This document shows, in pieces, positions 1 through 14,462 of a stretch of 64,000 bases of DNA (position 1 is its first letter; the number at the start of each line of letters is the position of its first letter). The translations under genes were made by a program, and so were the position numbers. The notes beneath the pieces are model-generated. The model had not been told where the DNA came from and did not search any database. It saw only the letters and a program-made list of their open reading frames with translations. Location: contig CM060734.1 in assembly GCA_030704615.1 (NCBI GenBank), positions 61,814,001-61,878,000 of the forward strand. Direction: 5' to 3'. Source of the stretch: Takakia lepidozioides. Its lineage: Eukaryota; Plantae; Bryophyta.

Positions 1-996
1 GGCGGAAACTCCAAGATAGAAGAGTTGGAAATCTCTAAGCACTCAGCCCGTGCAGAACAATCAGTCATGACCTACTGCTAGTGTATCATGGGGGTGTTTC
101 CTATTTGTTTCCCTTTTGGCATTCATGTTAGCTACCTTACCATTGATAATTAAGTATCAGTTTGCTTCATCAATCTATTGGATTCCATCAACTCATCCAT
201 TCATTCCACAGCTTCACTCAGATCTCTCTACACAGTGTGATTGTATCGTATAAGTATCAGATTATGATTTATCAGGTATCAGGCCGAAGCCATTGTGTCT
301 CTAATTTGCTCTACAATATCACTACAGCTTTGCATATAACAAGCATCTACTAATCATCTCTCCATCTTTGCTTCCGTTCTTCATCTCTGCCCGATCCCCT
401 CTCCTTCATCACCAAGAAGTCCTCCCCCGTCCAGTGCTTCCAAGAATCATCCCCCCAAAAAACCCCATACTCAGTCCTTGCTTCTCCCTTTATCTTCCTA
501 CCCGTGGCTCTAACCGTTTCCCTTACTAACCGTCGTCCGTGAACTAACATGTTCCATTTGCAGGTGTTGTTCCCCACAGTCGTTCCCTGTCCTGCTCTTC
601 GTTCCCTATGATCGTGACAGCTGTGTCAAGCTGTGACTGGCTGTGTGAAATTGTGACGGGCTGTGATTGGCTGTGCGACTGTGTTTGGCTGTGTCGGGCT
701 GTGACTGGCTGTGTGGCTGTGTCGGCTGTGACGGGCTGTGTTGGCTGTGATGGCTGTGTCGGGCTGTGACGAGCTGTGCTGACTGTGTCTGGCTGTGTCG
801 GCTGTGACGACTGAGACGGACTGTGTTGGCTGTGTCGGCTGTGACGAGCTGTGTTGGCTGTGACGGGCTGTGTAACCCCCCTCTACAGTGCGCTGTTGTC
901 ACCCCTAAGGCTCCTGTTGGTCTCAGTCTGTGCCAAAAATTAAGGGTACCCTACAGATCCCGTATAAGTGTCTAAGTCCCAGACAGTCCTCTAACA
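1..996 (-). repeat. 3' LTR of copy A (a few tens of bp lie left of the window)
   Basis: Ends ...CAGTCCTCTAACA (reverse complement TGTTAGAGGACTG) at 996; matches the other LTRs. Confidence 0.95.
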
Positions 997-1013
997 TTAC
1001 CCCTTCCCCTCTC
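997..1013 (-). promoter_or_regulatory. Polypurine tract of copy A
   Basis: Reverse complement GAGAGGGGAAGGGGTAA directly precedes the LTR TG. Confidence 0.9.
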
Positions 1014-1034
1014 AAAAAGCCGTGTCCTCACGGT

Positions 1035-4000
1035 TTACTGATTGCGATTAGCAAACCTTTGTGAGTGAGCACCTTTCTGACGTTGAGAGTTTCGTGGCGG
1101 ACTGTGTGTACGAGCCCGAGGTCTGTCTCTGGTTGACGGAGATGTTTGATCACTACCTGGATAAGTGAGGCCCTCTGGAGGCTGATATCGAGGTAACCTT
1201 TCAGGCATAGGAGACCCCCGTCGCTTCTTCTCTGCCATCTGAATTGCATAGTCTTCTCCCATGTCAAAAGAATTCGGTGAAGAAACAGTTGTATCAGAAT
1301 CCTCATCGCCTCTCAGGTGTTTTAATTTTCGAACTTTTTGTGGAATCCTCTGGGGCATACAATGTTGTCCTACCATGTCTGGAAGTTTATATTTTACAAC
1401 TTGGTGTAACTGCTGAACAGCAAAATTGGTGTAGACACTGAGCTCCTTGTCTGTCCAGGTGAGTGGGGTACCAATTACTTGTGCAGCGTGCAAGTATTTC
1501 CATGCCACATGTCCCTTATAGAAAATATCATCAATGCCGAATTTCTGTGTTGACAAATTGTTCCAGGCCGCAACCATGAACGAATTTGAGAATCCTTTTG
1601 CATCATAACTTTTGCCTCATATAGGTACATATGAGGTGGCACTGAAGGTAAGACCCAATGATCCCCACTGGAATAACTCAGAAAGCGCGCTTGCATCTTT
1701 TGTTGCTCAATGTGATAACGTACCTGAAAACAAGCAGCGTAGTATAACCCGCATCCCATGACAATACTTGCTACCTCCTTGGTCTTGGTATAAATGAATC
1801 CATGTACAACCTGGAAAGCAATTAATTCCCTCAACATGGTACCTGCCTCATGCCAGTACTGTGCAAAGTGATGATCCTCAATTGGTCGATTGTTCGGAAG
1901 AACTTTAGTCCTAGTTGCCACTGGCAGCCAAATGCGCATGATTTGGTATAATGTGCGAATGACTGCGGAGGACTAAATTCTTTCCAAGCCAAATCCAACA
2001 TGATGGGAATTTGGTTGAAGGGCATAATCATAGCCCTACTGTACTCCCTTGCAGCTGGAGTTTTAGGTGGGTTAAAAGCAACATTGCCCCATACCTCACG
2101 CTGTGGTGGCTGTGGTGTGGTTGTAGTAACAACAGGTTCAGCTACTGGTATAGTGACTTGTTGTGGTGTTGGTGGTACTGGCTCTTGTATCATTGGCATC
2201 TCCTGCACCTCCTGTGAAGACTGAAAAGCCAAAGTTCTGGCTTGTAAATAAGAAGCCATTAGCTGTTCCTGAGGGATATAGACTCTTTTGTCGATGTTTG
2301 AAGTGAGGTCCTCCACTTGAGTCTGCAGTCCGTCTACATCCTCCTGTAACTATGCTATCCTACTATAGACATTGTCTATAGTAGTTGTGGCAATGTTCTA
2401 CACTTGCAGTCTGAGCTCATTCATCTCGCGTTGGGTGAGCTTTCGTGGTGCTTTGCCCTCCACTGGCCCTTGTGCTAACCAGATCTGCATAAGGTTGTTA
2501 TCCACCAAGTTGCTTGTGGTTCCCCTGAGAGTTTGCTCCTCTCTTAGCTTGTACAATTCTAACTGCTGTTGTAAAGCCTCCATGCGATTCGCATGAGGTT
2601 CAACCAAATTTGCATAAGCAGCAAGTAGATTATTAGCTTCCTTCCAAGCTTGTTAGTGACCGTGATTTCATTTCTATTGGCCACGAGCGTTTGTTGCAAC
2701 TCCAGGATGTACTTCTCTTGATCAGCTTCAACCTGCCTGTATCGCTTGAAAGTATCCTCATTGCGACAGATTGTATTCTTCATATCGATAATGAGTTTCA
2801 TTTGCTCACATTCTCTTCTTCTGCCTTCATTCTCTTCTTCTGCCTTCGTACATTTTCCGCTTGACTGTTTATTTCTTTGTAGATTGGTCAAGCATAGTTG
2901 TGAATGTAGCACATTGTATGGCCATCCTGTCATGCACTGTCTGCAACTCCGTATGTAGTGCATTCACTTCTTGCAACTTGCTTTCATGCTGCACCTGCAT
3001 TTGGTATAGCTGTTGCTTATGTGCTTCGTGCAACTGGTCTTGCGCGAGGCCTGCCTCAATCAATTGTTCCTTGGCCAATTGCAAAGCCGCTTCTGTATTC
3101 TCCAAGTCCTGCTGCATCTTGAGAGTGACCTCTTCATCGACCTTGTTTGCACACTCAGTGGCTAGTCGAGCCTCAAACTCCTTCCTGAGTTCCTCTCTCA
3201 AGGCTGTCAATGGGTAGTTGGAACATGGGATTTGACATAAGTCCCAACAAATTAAGTGTCCTGCCTATGGAACTCATCAGCATTGCCTGTTGAGGGTCAT
3301 CATGGTGAGGTTGCTGTGTTCCTCCTGATCCTCAACCGTGTGATGTCTCACGAACCACTCAGGCCATTGTCCCACCGGATTTTCTTCCTGAACCACTTCA
3401 ATATCACCGGTGCTACAGTGTCATGACCTTCTGCCTGTGGTACCTCCGACACAGGTGTGTGTATTATATGCACCTCAGGATTTCCCTTGGGCAACTGTTG
3501 CACCTCTGGAATCTCTGTCTCCTTGACCAGACCAGAATATTCATAGAGAAGGTCCCCCTTCTCAATTTCTGCCACTATCTGTTCTGTAGTTGGAATATCT
3601 AACCCTTCTCTTTCCAAATCAATTATTTCTGGTTGAGCTGCATGGACAACTTGTAACCTTGTGACAAGCCGATCAGCTGGCTGTGATGGTTGTGATACTG
3701 AAGTAACTTCTCTCCCCCTCTGAAGGTCCTGCTTCCAGTAATAGCATTCTCTGTGCTGCTGTGCCCCTTCCTGCCATGAGCTTGGGAAACATTATCATGC
3801 GGAATCCGTGAAGCCAGTGGATCCGCCACTACAGTCTTTCCCCGTCTCTGCCTCTTAGTCTCGGGTTGCCCTGCTAGTCACCACCACTGTGTGAAGAGCC
3901 TGCTCTTCCATTGCAGTGGTTTCTGGCTCAAACACTCCCATCTCCTTTCTTTCTTGCGCATCAAGTATGCCAGAATCAAGAATTATTTGAGCAATGATTG

Positions 4001-4802
4001 GGCCAGACCTATGATAGGAGACTTTGCGGTAGTAACTTGTAATCTTTTCATCTCCTCCACCAGTGCGTTGTACATTATGTCCGCCCATTCTACCTCTTGT
4101 CCCTTCAGGGCTTTGAGTATTTCCTCCGTGAAGGATCTGCTCAAATACTGTTGGTTCTGTTTCATGGCAATCAGAACGTTCAATACCTGGCCTACCTCCT
4201 TTAGCCCTGGGTACACAGCCTTGTACAAGCATAACCCTGAGTTTTAAAGAAACTCCCTTCTTGGAATAAGTCCCCTATTTGCAGTCTTGCCCTGTGTTCC
4301 TCCACATGCACCTGACCTGCTGGCAATCGAAACAATTGCTGGAGGTATAGGGGAGTAATCACTAATTCAACTCCCTTCACCGTTGTTGTTCCTGTCCTTG
4401 GCTCAAAGTTCTGCAAAAATTGTAACATGTACTGTCTATGGTGGTAATGTCCAATCTATGCTTTGCAATCCTTGCAATCTCAGCTCCTTCAGTATCTGTA
4501 TCGCCTGGGTGGGGTAGCAATCGTTTGTTTCTGCAGAATTGTGGTGCTCTTCACCCTGATTTCCTCCATTCCTCTCACTCTCTTCATTTTAGACTCACAG
4601 AAATGTTTTGGCTGTAACAACTGCAGAAATGCCTGTAGTGCACAAAGCATAAACGTATGGTTGCCACAAAAAGCTATGGGTAATTTCTTGTAAGCCTGTG
4701 GAGCTTGCAAGCATCGCTCAAGAGAAAAGCTCCGCTCTGTTCTTCGTGTCTATGCCACTGCGTAAGTAATATTGCAAGCGTATAGTCTGTTAGTTCCTCC
4801 AT
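1035..4802 (-). pseudogene. 3' extra ORF of copy A, frameshifted
   Basis: Fragments 1035-1577, 1475-1939, 1831-2316, 2869-3210, 3983-4228 and 4201-4428 match the single-frame version in copy C. Confidence 0.85.
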
Positions 4803-5274
4803 AGTTTCAAGCTATAGCATTGATGGTCTGTCCCGTCGAGACGCCCGTTACTCAGAACGACGCCGCCTCTTGCGCTTAATTTCCCTCCAATTTCTTGATC
4901 CTTTCTCTGGCTTTCTATTGGCTGTAACCCTGTGACTGGATTTTAGATTTCATTTTCTTTAGTGGACTTTCCCTGCTGGATAGTCCACTAGGATCACACA
5001 TGTGACAAGAATTTCGCTTTTCTGTACTTGCCGTTTGTTCCGTTCCCCTTTTTCCGTATTCATTAATGGGCCCGCCCTTCATCCATTTTGACGGCCGTTC
5101 TTGTCCTCTTTCTTATGACACCTGTTCTTGCACTTCCTTCTCAGCTGTGTGTCGCGCCCTGACTTCCACGTGTCTATTTTAAACTGGTTTCCGTCTTTTC
5201 TTCCGTCAGCCATTTTCCTGAAGTTATTGTGTGTCCACCTGTCACTGATTCTATGGATCGTGTAACCCTAGTAG

Positions 5275-5507
5275 GCTGTGTTGAGCTGTGACAGGCTGTG
5301 TCATACTGTGGTACGTTGTGATAGGCTGTTGATGCTTGTGATGCAATGGTGGGTTAAGATGTGATAGGCTGTGACAGCTGGGGGGTGGGTGGTAGGTTGT
5401 GTGATAGGCTGTGTTGTGCCGTGATGGGCTTTGTGATAGGCTTGTGTCACGTTGTGATGGGCTGTGATAGGCTGTGCTTCGCCTGATGGGCTGTGATAGG
5501 CTGTGTT
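5275..5507 (-). repeat. Internal CACAGCC(TAT) tandem array between pol and extra ORF, copy A
   Basis: Repeated GTGATAGGCTGTG / GATGGGCTGTG on the + strand. Confidence 0.85.
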
Positions 5508-8500
5508 CACCTTGTTTTGCCCGCCCTGGTCATATATGCTGGCCTAGCGACAAGTGCTCCATACTCCGTTGGTAACACTGGTGCAGCCCGTGACTGCTCT
5601 TGCGTTTCAACATGCAAATCATGCTGCAAGGGTTTGTCATGGATACCACTGTATCCCCTTAACTTATTGGCATTGACTCTTCCCAGCATTTCTTTGTTAA
5701 TGGTTTGTAACATGGCGGTGTTGTTATCATACATCTTTTGTATGACATAAGGTCCTTTCCATGGTGATTTAAGCTTAGAAGCTTAAATCTTTCCTTTCTT
5801 CTGCAACCATAGAACCAAATCCCCCGTCTTAAAAGTCTTTAACTTGCCTTCATCAAACTGTTCCTTTCTCTTCATCTGAATTCTGGTCATATTATCAGCT
5901 GCATCAGCACGTACTTCTTCCACATGGTATAATTCAGTTTCCTGACCTTAATGGAATCTTGCAATTCCATTCTTTTCCCACTCCGTTCTCATGGTAGGTA
6001 ACAGGAATTCCACTGGAAGTAAGGCTTCCATACCATAAACTAATTGGAATGGTGTATACTTAGTGGTGACTTTATATGAAGTCCTGTATGACCACAAAGC
6101 TGTCAGCAGCTTGTATCCCAATCCGTTCTGTTTGCATTGACTATCTTAGCCAAGATAGTACATAGTATTTTGTTGGTAGCCTCTGCCTGCCCATTACCCT
6201 GTGGGTAATATGTTGTACTCTTTCTATGCACAATCATGAACTCTTTAGTCAACAACTCAATGGTCTCATTCATGAAGTGACTTCCCTGATCACTGATAAA
6301 TTCTAAGGGACAGCCAAATCGGTGTAAGTATGTTCTCATACAGGAACCTTGCTGTGGACTTGGCTGTGTTGTCCCTCAAAGCTTTAGCTTACCCCCACTT
6401 CGTAGTATAATCAGTGGCTGTAATTATGTACCTGTTCCGTGTATTCTTGATTGGTGGGTTTAATTGGTCCAACAAAGTCTAGTCCCCATTTCTGAAATGG
6501 TTCCGTAGGCATTGTAGGATGCAAGGCCATCCTTCCAGATCTCTGCAAAGGTCCTAGCCTCTGACATTCATCACAACTCTGACAATACTCGTGTACATCT
6601 TTGAACAAAGTAGGCCACCAGTAACCTGCGAGTAGTATCTTCCTACTGGTAGTCTCTTCTCCAAAATGACCTCCAGCCACTCCTTTATGAACTTCCTCCA
6701 AAACTTTATTTACTTCATGGTGGTACAAGCATCGTTTTAGTACTCCATCAGGTCCTAGCTTATACATTCTGCTTCCTACCATAGTATAAGGTAAAGCTTT
6801 GATAGCGATTCTCTTCCTCTGCTCCTTACCATAACTAGGTGGGCACTGACCATGAGCAAGGTAGTATCTGATTGGCCACTGCCAATCTAACCAGTCATCT
6901 GCACTTCCCTGCACCTCCACTGCAAATAGACTCGCATCTGGTAATTGATCATCTATTCCTGTGGCTGGTTCTCCTGTTGATAACGTGACAAGTGATCCGC
7001 CACAAGATGCAGTCTCCCAGGCTTGTAAAAACCTCGAACTCAAACTCGTGCAAGATTATCAACCATCTTGCTATTCTTCCGCTTATCAGAGGTTTGTTTA
7101 CCAGGTATATCAGAGCCTGGTGATCCACATAGAATAGAACATAAACTTTTGCCCAGCAGGTAATGCCTGAATTTCTTCACTGCATAGATCATTGCCATGC
7201 TTCTCTTTCCGTTGTGCTATAGTTCCTTTCAGCACTGTCATCAACCGGCTAGCATAGTACACAGGTGAATCTATATTTCTGTAACATTCTGGGCTAACAC
7301 CGCTCCCAACGCTTCTCCTGATGCATCGCAGTGAACATGAAATACTACATGCCAGTGAGGGTTAATCAGCACAGGTGTAGTTGTTACTGACAGTGTAAGT
7401 TCCTCAAACGCCTGTTGACATTCAGCTGTCCAGGCAAACACTGCATCTTTCTTCAGTAGCTTGCTCAATGGTGCTGCTATTTGTGCATACCTTTGACAAA
7501 TCTTCTGTAATAACTGGTTTGCCCAAGGAATCTCCTTAGACTCTTAACATTCACTGGTGGTGGAGAGGCTTTAATGGCCTCTGTCTTCCTGGGATCCACA
7601 AGGAGTCCCTCTTACACACAATGTGTCCCAGAAGCACCCCTGAGTTCACACAGAAAGTACACTTCTCTGGATTCAGGCCCAGACCTCTCATCCTGCATCT
7701 GGCCAGACATAACTCCAATTTATGCAAGTGCTCATTCTTAGAGCTGTACACACTGAAATCATCCAAGAATACCTGCATGAAATCATCCAGATACTCATGA
7801 AAAGATTCACTTATTACTCTCTGAAAGGTTGCTGGTGCATTACAAAGTCCAAAGGGCATGACTTTGTATGCATAAGCCCCCCAGTCTGTGATGAAAGCTG
7901 TTTTTCCTTGGTCTTCTTCTGCCACTTGCACTTGATTATAACCACTGAAACCCATCCATGAATGAGTACATCTCATGGACTGCCACAGTGTCTAATACTG
8001 CTTCTGTGAATGGCAAAGGAAAAGGATCTTTCTTCGTACAAGCATTTCAGCTTTTTGTAGTTCACACATACTCTTAGTTTACCATTCTTCTTGGGACTAT
8101 CAAATGGGTGACAACCAAGTTGTATACTCTATTGGATATATAAACTTAGCCTCACCAACTTCTTTATCTCTTCTCCAACCTTCTGTGCGTAGTGGGGATT
8201 CATTCTGTACCTCGCCTGCTTGATTGGTACTGACCCTGGTTCCAGTTCAATCTTATGCTGACAGACTTCAGGTGGTATCCTTTTAGATCCTCTAGCTCCA
8301 AGCAAATACATCTCTGTATTTGATGAACAAGCTTTAGCTTCTTCAAAGAATTCCGGCTCCAAATCAGCTCCTACTTTCACCATCCTCGGTTCCTCTTTAG
8401 TTCCCACATTCACTTCCCTCACCTGCTCATCAGCTGTGATTGTCCAACCAGTCACCACTTCATCCTGTAAGCTCACAGTGGCTGGTTCCTCTAGGATTTC

Positions 8501-9554
8501 ATTTCTCCTTCTCTTTCTCATAGAAAATGTGATGGGTAAATGTTGGTGTTCCTCTTCAGTTGGTGTTGCTGTCACTACACCACAGCAGATACCTCTTAAA
8601 CAACTTAGGCTTTCCAGCCGCATCTCTCTGCAACCTGCTCCCACTCTGGGTGTGCAGCAAATAGGGTAGCTTCCTGCTCCTCATCCAGTCCTCCTTTCCA
8701 GTCATACTCTCTGACTCCTCGAGTGTTTCTTGTAGCAGGTAATCTACTAGATTTCTTTGTGGTAATTTGTATTCGTGTATCCCATTTATGCACGGTTAGT
8801 AACTGAGAATTCCAGTCATGGAATACCCTGGCCTGTTTCAGCCACGGACGTCCCAATAATAGGGAGTAAGCCTCCATGACTTCATCCATCTTCAACACAG
8901 TTACTGTGATCATAAAGATCATCTTCTGTATCTGTATCTTAACTCCTCTTATCAATCCCAATGGCTGTACACCTTTCTTGATCTGCCATTGTTACTGTAA
9001 ATGGGGCTGGTTTCATGTTACTTAGACCAAGCTTCTTCCTTAATTGTCTGTCATGATATTAACTCCAGAACCTCCATCTATCAGTACATCAGTTAGTTCT
9101 GTGCTTCCAATTCTCAATTGGATTACTGGCATAGAATCATCAAAGTCCATGACTGTTTCTCGCCCTTCCGGCTTCACATTATAACTGGTCACCTTGCTGT
9201 TCAGGTCTGTGTTTTCCTGTCTCCTGGGCAATTCGATTGATTGCTTGATACAGCCTGTGTTACAATAAGGTGCCACAGCTAATAGCTGTCAATGGTAATT
9301 TCTGCTTTGGTCTGGCATATTACTTCAGCCAAATCTCTTCATTACTTTGCATGTCTGCATCTTTTTTTTCCTTTCTCCTCACTCCCTTCTTCTCTCCATC
9401 AGAATCAAGAGGAATCTGCCACAGGAATATCAGTACTCTTCTGCATTTCCTTATAGTATCTGCCACTTCCTTGTGAAGTTCCTTTATCATCCTTTCCAAG
9501 TCTCTTCATCTTCAGGCATATCATTGTCACCTTCATTATCATCTTCTTCCTCTA
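5507..9554 (-). pseudogene. pol (PR-RT-RH-INT) of copy A, frameshifted and cut by the gap
   Basis: LIDGGSG protease, VMPFGLCNAPATFQ / VFLDDF RT, HCDASG RNase H, GHFG..CDEC and WGLDFVGP integrase. Confidence 0.92.
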
Positions 9555-10054
9555 NNNNNNNNNNNNNNNNNNNNNNNNNNNNNNNNNNNNNNNNNNNNNN
9601 NNNNNNNNNNNNNNNNNNNNNNNNNNNNNNNNNNNNNNNNNNNNNNNNNNNNNNNNNNNNNNNNNNNNNNNNNNNNNNNNNNNNNNNNNNNNNNNNNNNN
9701 NNNNNNNNNNNNNNNNNNNNNNNNNNNNNNNNNNNNNNNNNNNNNNNNNNNNNNNNNNNNNNNNNNNNNNNNNNNNNNNNNNNNNNNNNNNNNNNNNNNN
9801 NNNNNNNNNNNNNNNNNNNNNNNNNNNNNNNNNNNNNNNNNNNNNNNNNNNNNNNNNNNNNNNNNNNNNNNNNNNNNNNNNNNNNNNNNNNNNNNNNNNN
9901 NNNNNNNNNNNNNNNNNNNNNNNNNNNNNNNNNNNNNNNNNNNNNNNNNNNNNNNNNNNNNNNNNNNNNNNNNNNNNNNNNNNNNNNNNNNNNNNNNNNN
10001 NNNNNNNNNNNNNNNNNNNNNNNNNNNNNNNNNNNNNNNNNNNNNNNNNNNNNN
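9555..10054. other. Assembly gap (500 N)
   Basis: Run of N. Confidence 1.
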
Positions 10055-10191
10055 TGTTGGGCTACTGTAACCCCCCTCTACAGTGCGCTGCTGTCACCCT
10101 AAGAGGTCCTGTTTGTCCTCAGTCTGTGCAAAAATTAAGGGTACCCTACAGATCCCGTATAAGTGTCTAAGTCCCCTACAGTCCTCTAACA
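10055..10191 (-). repeat. Partial 3' LTR of copy B
   Basis: Ends GTCCCCTACAGTCCTCTAACA, the same variant as LTR 21482-22603; adjoins the PPT complement TTACCCCTTTCCCCCTC. Confidence 0.9.
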
Positions 10192-10229
10192 TTACCCCTT
10201 TCCCCCTCAAAAAGCCGTGTCCTCACGGT

Positions 10230-13200
10230 TTACTGTTTCCGAGTAGCAACCTTTGTGAGTGAGCACCTTGTTGACGTTGAGAGTTTCGTGGTGGGACTGT
10301 GTGTACGAGCCCGAGGTCTGTCTCTGGTTGACGGAGATGGTTGATCACTACCTGGATAAGTGAGGCCTTCTGGAGGCTGATATCGAGGTAATCTTTCCGG
10401 CATAGGAGATCCCCTTTGTTTCTTCTCTTCCATCTGAATTGCATAGTCTTCTCCCATGTCAAAAGAATTGGTGAAGAAACAGTTGTATCAGAATCCTCAT
10501 CGCCTCTCAGGTGTTTTAATTTTCGAACTTTTTGTGGAATCATCTGGGGCATACAATGCTGTCCTACCATGTCTGGAAGTTTGCATTTTACAACCTTGGT
10601 GTAACCGTGATTGAACAGCAAAATTGGTGTAGACACTGAGCTCCTTGTCTGTCCAGATGAGGTGGGTACCAATTACTGGTGCAGCGTGCAAGTATTTCCA
10701 TGCGATTGTCCCTTATAGAAAATGTCATCAAGTCCGAATTTCTGTGTTGACAAATTGTTGCAGGCTGCTTGAAACCATGAACGAATTTGAGAATCCTTCT
10801 GTATCATAACTTTTGGGTCATATAGGTACATATGAGGTGGCACCGAAGGTAATACCCAATGATCTCCACTGGAGTAACTTTGAAAGCGTGCTTGCATCTT
10901 TTGTTGCTCAATGTGGTAACGTATCAGAAAACAAGCAGCGTAGTATAGCCCGCACCCCATGACAATACTTGCTATCTCCTTGGTCTTGGTATAAATGAGT
11001 CCATGTACAACCTGGAAAGCAACCAATTCCCTCAACATGGTACCTGCCTCGTGCCAGTATTGTGCAAAGTGATGATCTTCAATATGTCGATTGTTTGGAA
11101 GAACTTTAGTCCTGGTTGCCACTGGCAGCCAAATACGCATGATTTGGTAGTAATGTGCGAATGACTGCGGAGGACTAAATTCTTTCCAAGCCAAATCCAA
11201 CATGATGGGAATTTGGTTGAAGGGCATAATCATAGCCCTACTGTACTCCCTGGCAGCTGGAGTTTTAGGTGGGTTAAAAGCTGCATTGCCCCATACCTCC
11301 GGCTGTGGTGGCTGTGGTGTGGTTGTAGTAACCACAGGTTCAGCTACTGGTACACTGACCTGTTGTGGTGGTGGTGGTACTGGTTCTGTACCATTGGCAT
11401 CTCCTGCACCTCCTGTGAAGACTGAAAAGCCAGAGTTCTGGCTTGCAAATAAGAAGCCATTAGCTGTTCCTGAGGGATATAGACTCTTTGGTCGATGTTT
11501 GAAGTGAGGTCTTCCACTTGAGTCTGGAGTCCGTCTACATCCTCTTGTAACTCTGCTATCCTACTATAGACATTGTCTATAGTAGTTGTGGCAATGTTCT
11601 GCACCTGCAGTCTGAGCTCATTCATCTCGCTTTGGGTGAGCTTCCGTGGGCTTTGCCCTCTACTGGCCCTTGTGCTAACCAGACCTGCATAAGGCTGTTA
11701 TCCACCAAGCTGCTTGTGGTTCCCCTGAGAGTTTGCTCCTCTCTTAGCTTGTACAATTCCAACTGCTGTTGTAAAGCCTCCATGCGCTTCGCCTGTGGCT
11801 CAACCAATTGCGCATAGGCAGCAAGTAGATTATTGGCTTCCTTCGAAGCCTTGTTACTGACCGCGATTTCATTTCTATTGGCCACGATGGTTTGTTGCAA
11901 CTCCACGATGTATTTCTCTTGCTCAGCTTCCATCTGCCTGTATTGCTTGAAAGTATCTTCATTGCGACAGATTGTATTCTTCATATCGACAATGAGCTTC
12001 ATGTGCTCCACATTCTCTTCTTCTGCCTTCGTACATTTTTCCGCTTGACTGTTTATTTCTTTTGTTGATTGGTCAAGCATAGTTGTAAATGTAGCGCATT
12101 GTATCGCCATCCTGTTATGCACTGTCTGCAACTCCGTATGTAGTGCATTCAGTTCTTGCAACTTGCTTTCATGCTGCACCTGCATTTGGTATAGCTGTTG
12201 CTTATGTGCTTCGTGCAACTGGTCTTGCGCGAGGCCTGCCTCAATCAATTGTTGCTTGGCCAATTGCAAAGCCATTTCTGTATTGGCCAAGTCCTGCTTC
12301 ATCTTGAGAGTGACCTCTTCATCGACCTTGTTTGCACACTCAGTGGCAAGTCGAGCCTCAAACTCCTTCCTGAGTTCTCTTTCAAGGCTGTCAATTGGGT
12401 AATTGGAACATGGGATTTGACATAAGTCCCCAACAAATTAAGTGTCCTGCCTATGGAACTCATCAGCATTGCCTGTTGAGGGTCATCATGGTGAGGTTGC
12501 TGCTGTTCCTCCCTGATCTTCAACAGTATGATGTCTCACTAACCATTCAGGCCATTGTCCCACCGGATTTTCTTCCTGAACTACTTCATCTATCACCGGT
12601 GCTACAGTGTCATGACCTTCCGCCTGTGGTACCTCCGACACAGGTGTGTGCATTATATGCACCTCAGGATTTCCCTGGGCAACTGTTGCACCTCTGGGAT
12701 TTCTGTCTCCTTGACCAGACCAGAATATTCATAGAGAAGGTCCCCTTTCTCTATTTCTGCCACTATCTGTTCTGTAGTTGGAATATCTATCCCTTCACTT
12801 TCCAAATCAATTATTTCGGGTGAGCTGCATGGATAACTTGTGACCTTGTGACAAGTCGTTCAAGTGGCTGTGTTGGTTGTGATGCAGAAGTAACTTCTTC
12901 CTCCTCTCTGAAGGTCCTGCTTCCAGTAATAACATTCTTTTGTGCTGCTGTGCCCCTTCCTGGTCATGAGCTTGGGAAACATTATCATGCGGAATCCGTG
13001 AAGCCAGTGGATCCGCCACTACAGTCTTCCCCTTCTCTGCCTCTTAGTCTCGGGTTGTGCTGCTAGTCCACCCTCACTGTGTGAAGAGCCTTGCTCTTCC
13101 ATTGCAGTTGTTTCTGGCTCAAACACTCCCATTTCCTTCCTTTCTTGTGCATTAAGTATGCCAGAACTAAGGATTATTTGAGCAATGATTGGGCCAGACA

Positions 13201-13989
13201 CTATGATAGGAGATTTTGCGGTAGTACCTTGTAATCTTTTCATCTCCTCTACCAGTGCGTTGTACATTATGTCCGCCCATTGTACCTCTTGTCCCTTCAA
13301 GCCTTTGAGGATTTCCTCTGTGAAGGATCTGCTCAAATATTGTTGGTTCTGTTTCAGGGCAATCAGAACGTTCAATACTGGCCTATGTCTTTTAACCCTG
13401 GGTACACAGCTTTGGTACAAGCATAACCCTGAGTTTTAAAGAAACTCCCTTCTTGGAATAATCCCCTATTTGCAGTCTTGCCCTGTGTTCCTCCACATAC
13501 ACATGACCTGCTGGCAATCGAAACAATTGCTGGAGGTATAGGGGAGTAATCATTAATTCAACTCCCTTCACCGTTGTTGTTCCTGTCTTTGGCTCAAAGT
13601 TCTGCAAAAATTGTAACATGTACTGTCTATGGTGTAGTGTCCAATCCATGCTTTGCAATCCTTCCAATCTCAGCTCCTTCAGTATCTTTATCGCCTGTGG
13701 GGTAGCCATCGTTTGTTTCTGCAGAATTGTGGTGCTCTTCACCCTGATTTCCTCCATTCCTCTCACTCTCTTCATCTTAGACTCACAGAACTGCTTTGGC
13801 TGTAACAACTGCAGGAATGCCTGTAGTGCACAAAGCATAAACGTATGGTTGCCGCAGAAAGCTATGGGTAATCTCTTGTAAGCCTGCGGGGCTTGCAAGC
13901 ATTGTTCAAGAGAAAAGCTGCTCTTTCGTTTTCGTGTCTTGCCATTGCGTAAGTAATATTGCGAGCGTATAGTCTGTTAGTTCCTCCAT
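10230..13989 (-). pseudogene. 3' extra ORF of copy B, frameshifted
   Basis: Fragments 10673-11335, 11622-12302, 13019-13420 and 13392-13898 are homologous to copies C/E. Confidence 0.85.
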
Positions 13990-14462
13990 AGTTTCCAAGT
14001 TATAGCATTTATGGCTGTCCTGTCGAGACGCCCGTTACTCAGAACGACGCCGCCTCTTGCGCTCAATTTCCCTCCATTTTCTTGATCATTTCTCTGGTTT
14101 TCTATTGGCTGTATCCGCTGTGACTGGATTTTAACTTTTATCTTCTTTAGTGGACTTTCCCTGTTGGATAGTCCACTAGGATCACACATGCGACATGAAT
14201 TCGGCTTTTCTGTACTTGCCGTTCGTTCCGTTTCCCTTTTTCCGTATTCATTAATGGGCCCGCCTTTCATCCCTTTTGACGGCCGTTCTTGTCCTCTTTC
14301 TTTTTGACACCTGTCCTTGCACTTCATTCTCTGCTGTGTGTCGCACCCTGACCTCCACGTGTCTATTTTTAAAGTAATTTCCGTTTCTTCTTCCTTCAGC
14401 CATTTTCCTGAAGTTTTTATGTGTCCACTTGTCACTGATTCTATGGATCGTGTAACTTTAGT

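Larger units (their letters stand above)
1..9554 (-). mobile_element. Ty3/Gypsy LTR retrotransposon copy A (subfamily I); 3' LTR, extra ORF and pol present, gag/5' LTR lost in the gap
   Basis: LTR 1-996, PPT 997-1013, extra-ORF fragments 1035-4802, INT/RH/RT/PR fragments 5507-9554, colinear with complete copy E. Confidence 0.95.

Noticed and set aside
9347-10102. Long ORFs spanning N runs (also 63062-63854)
   Set aside because: Artefacts of assembly gaps.
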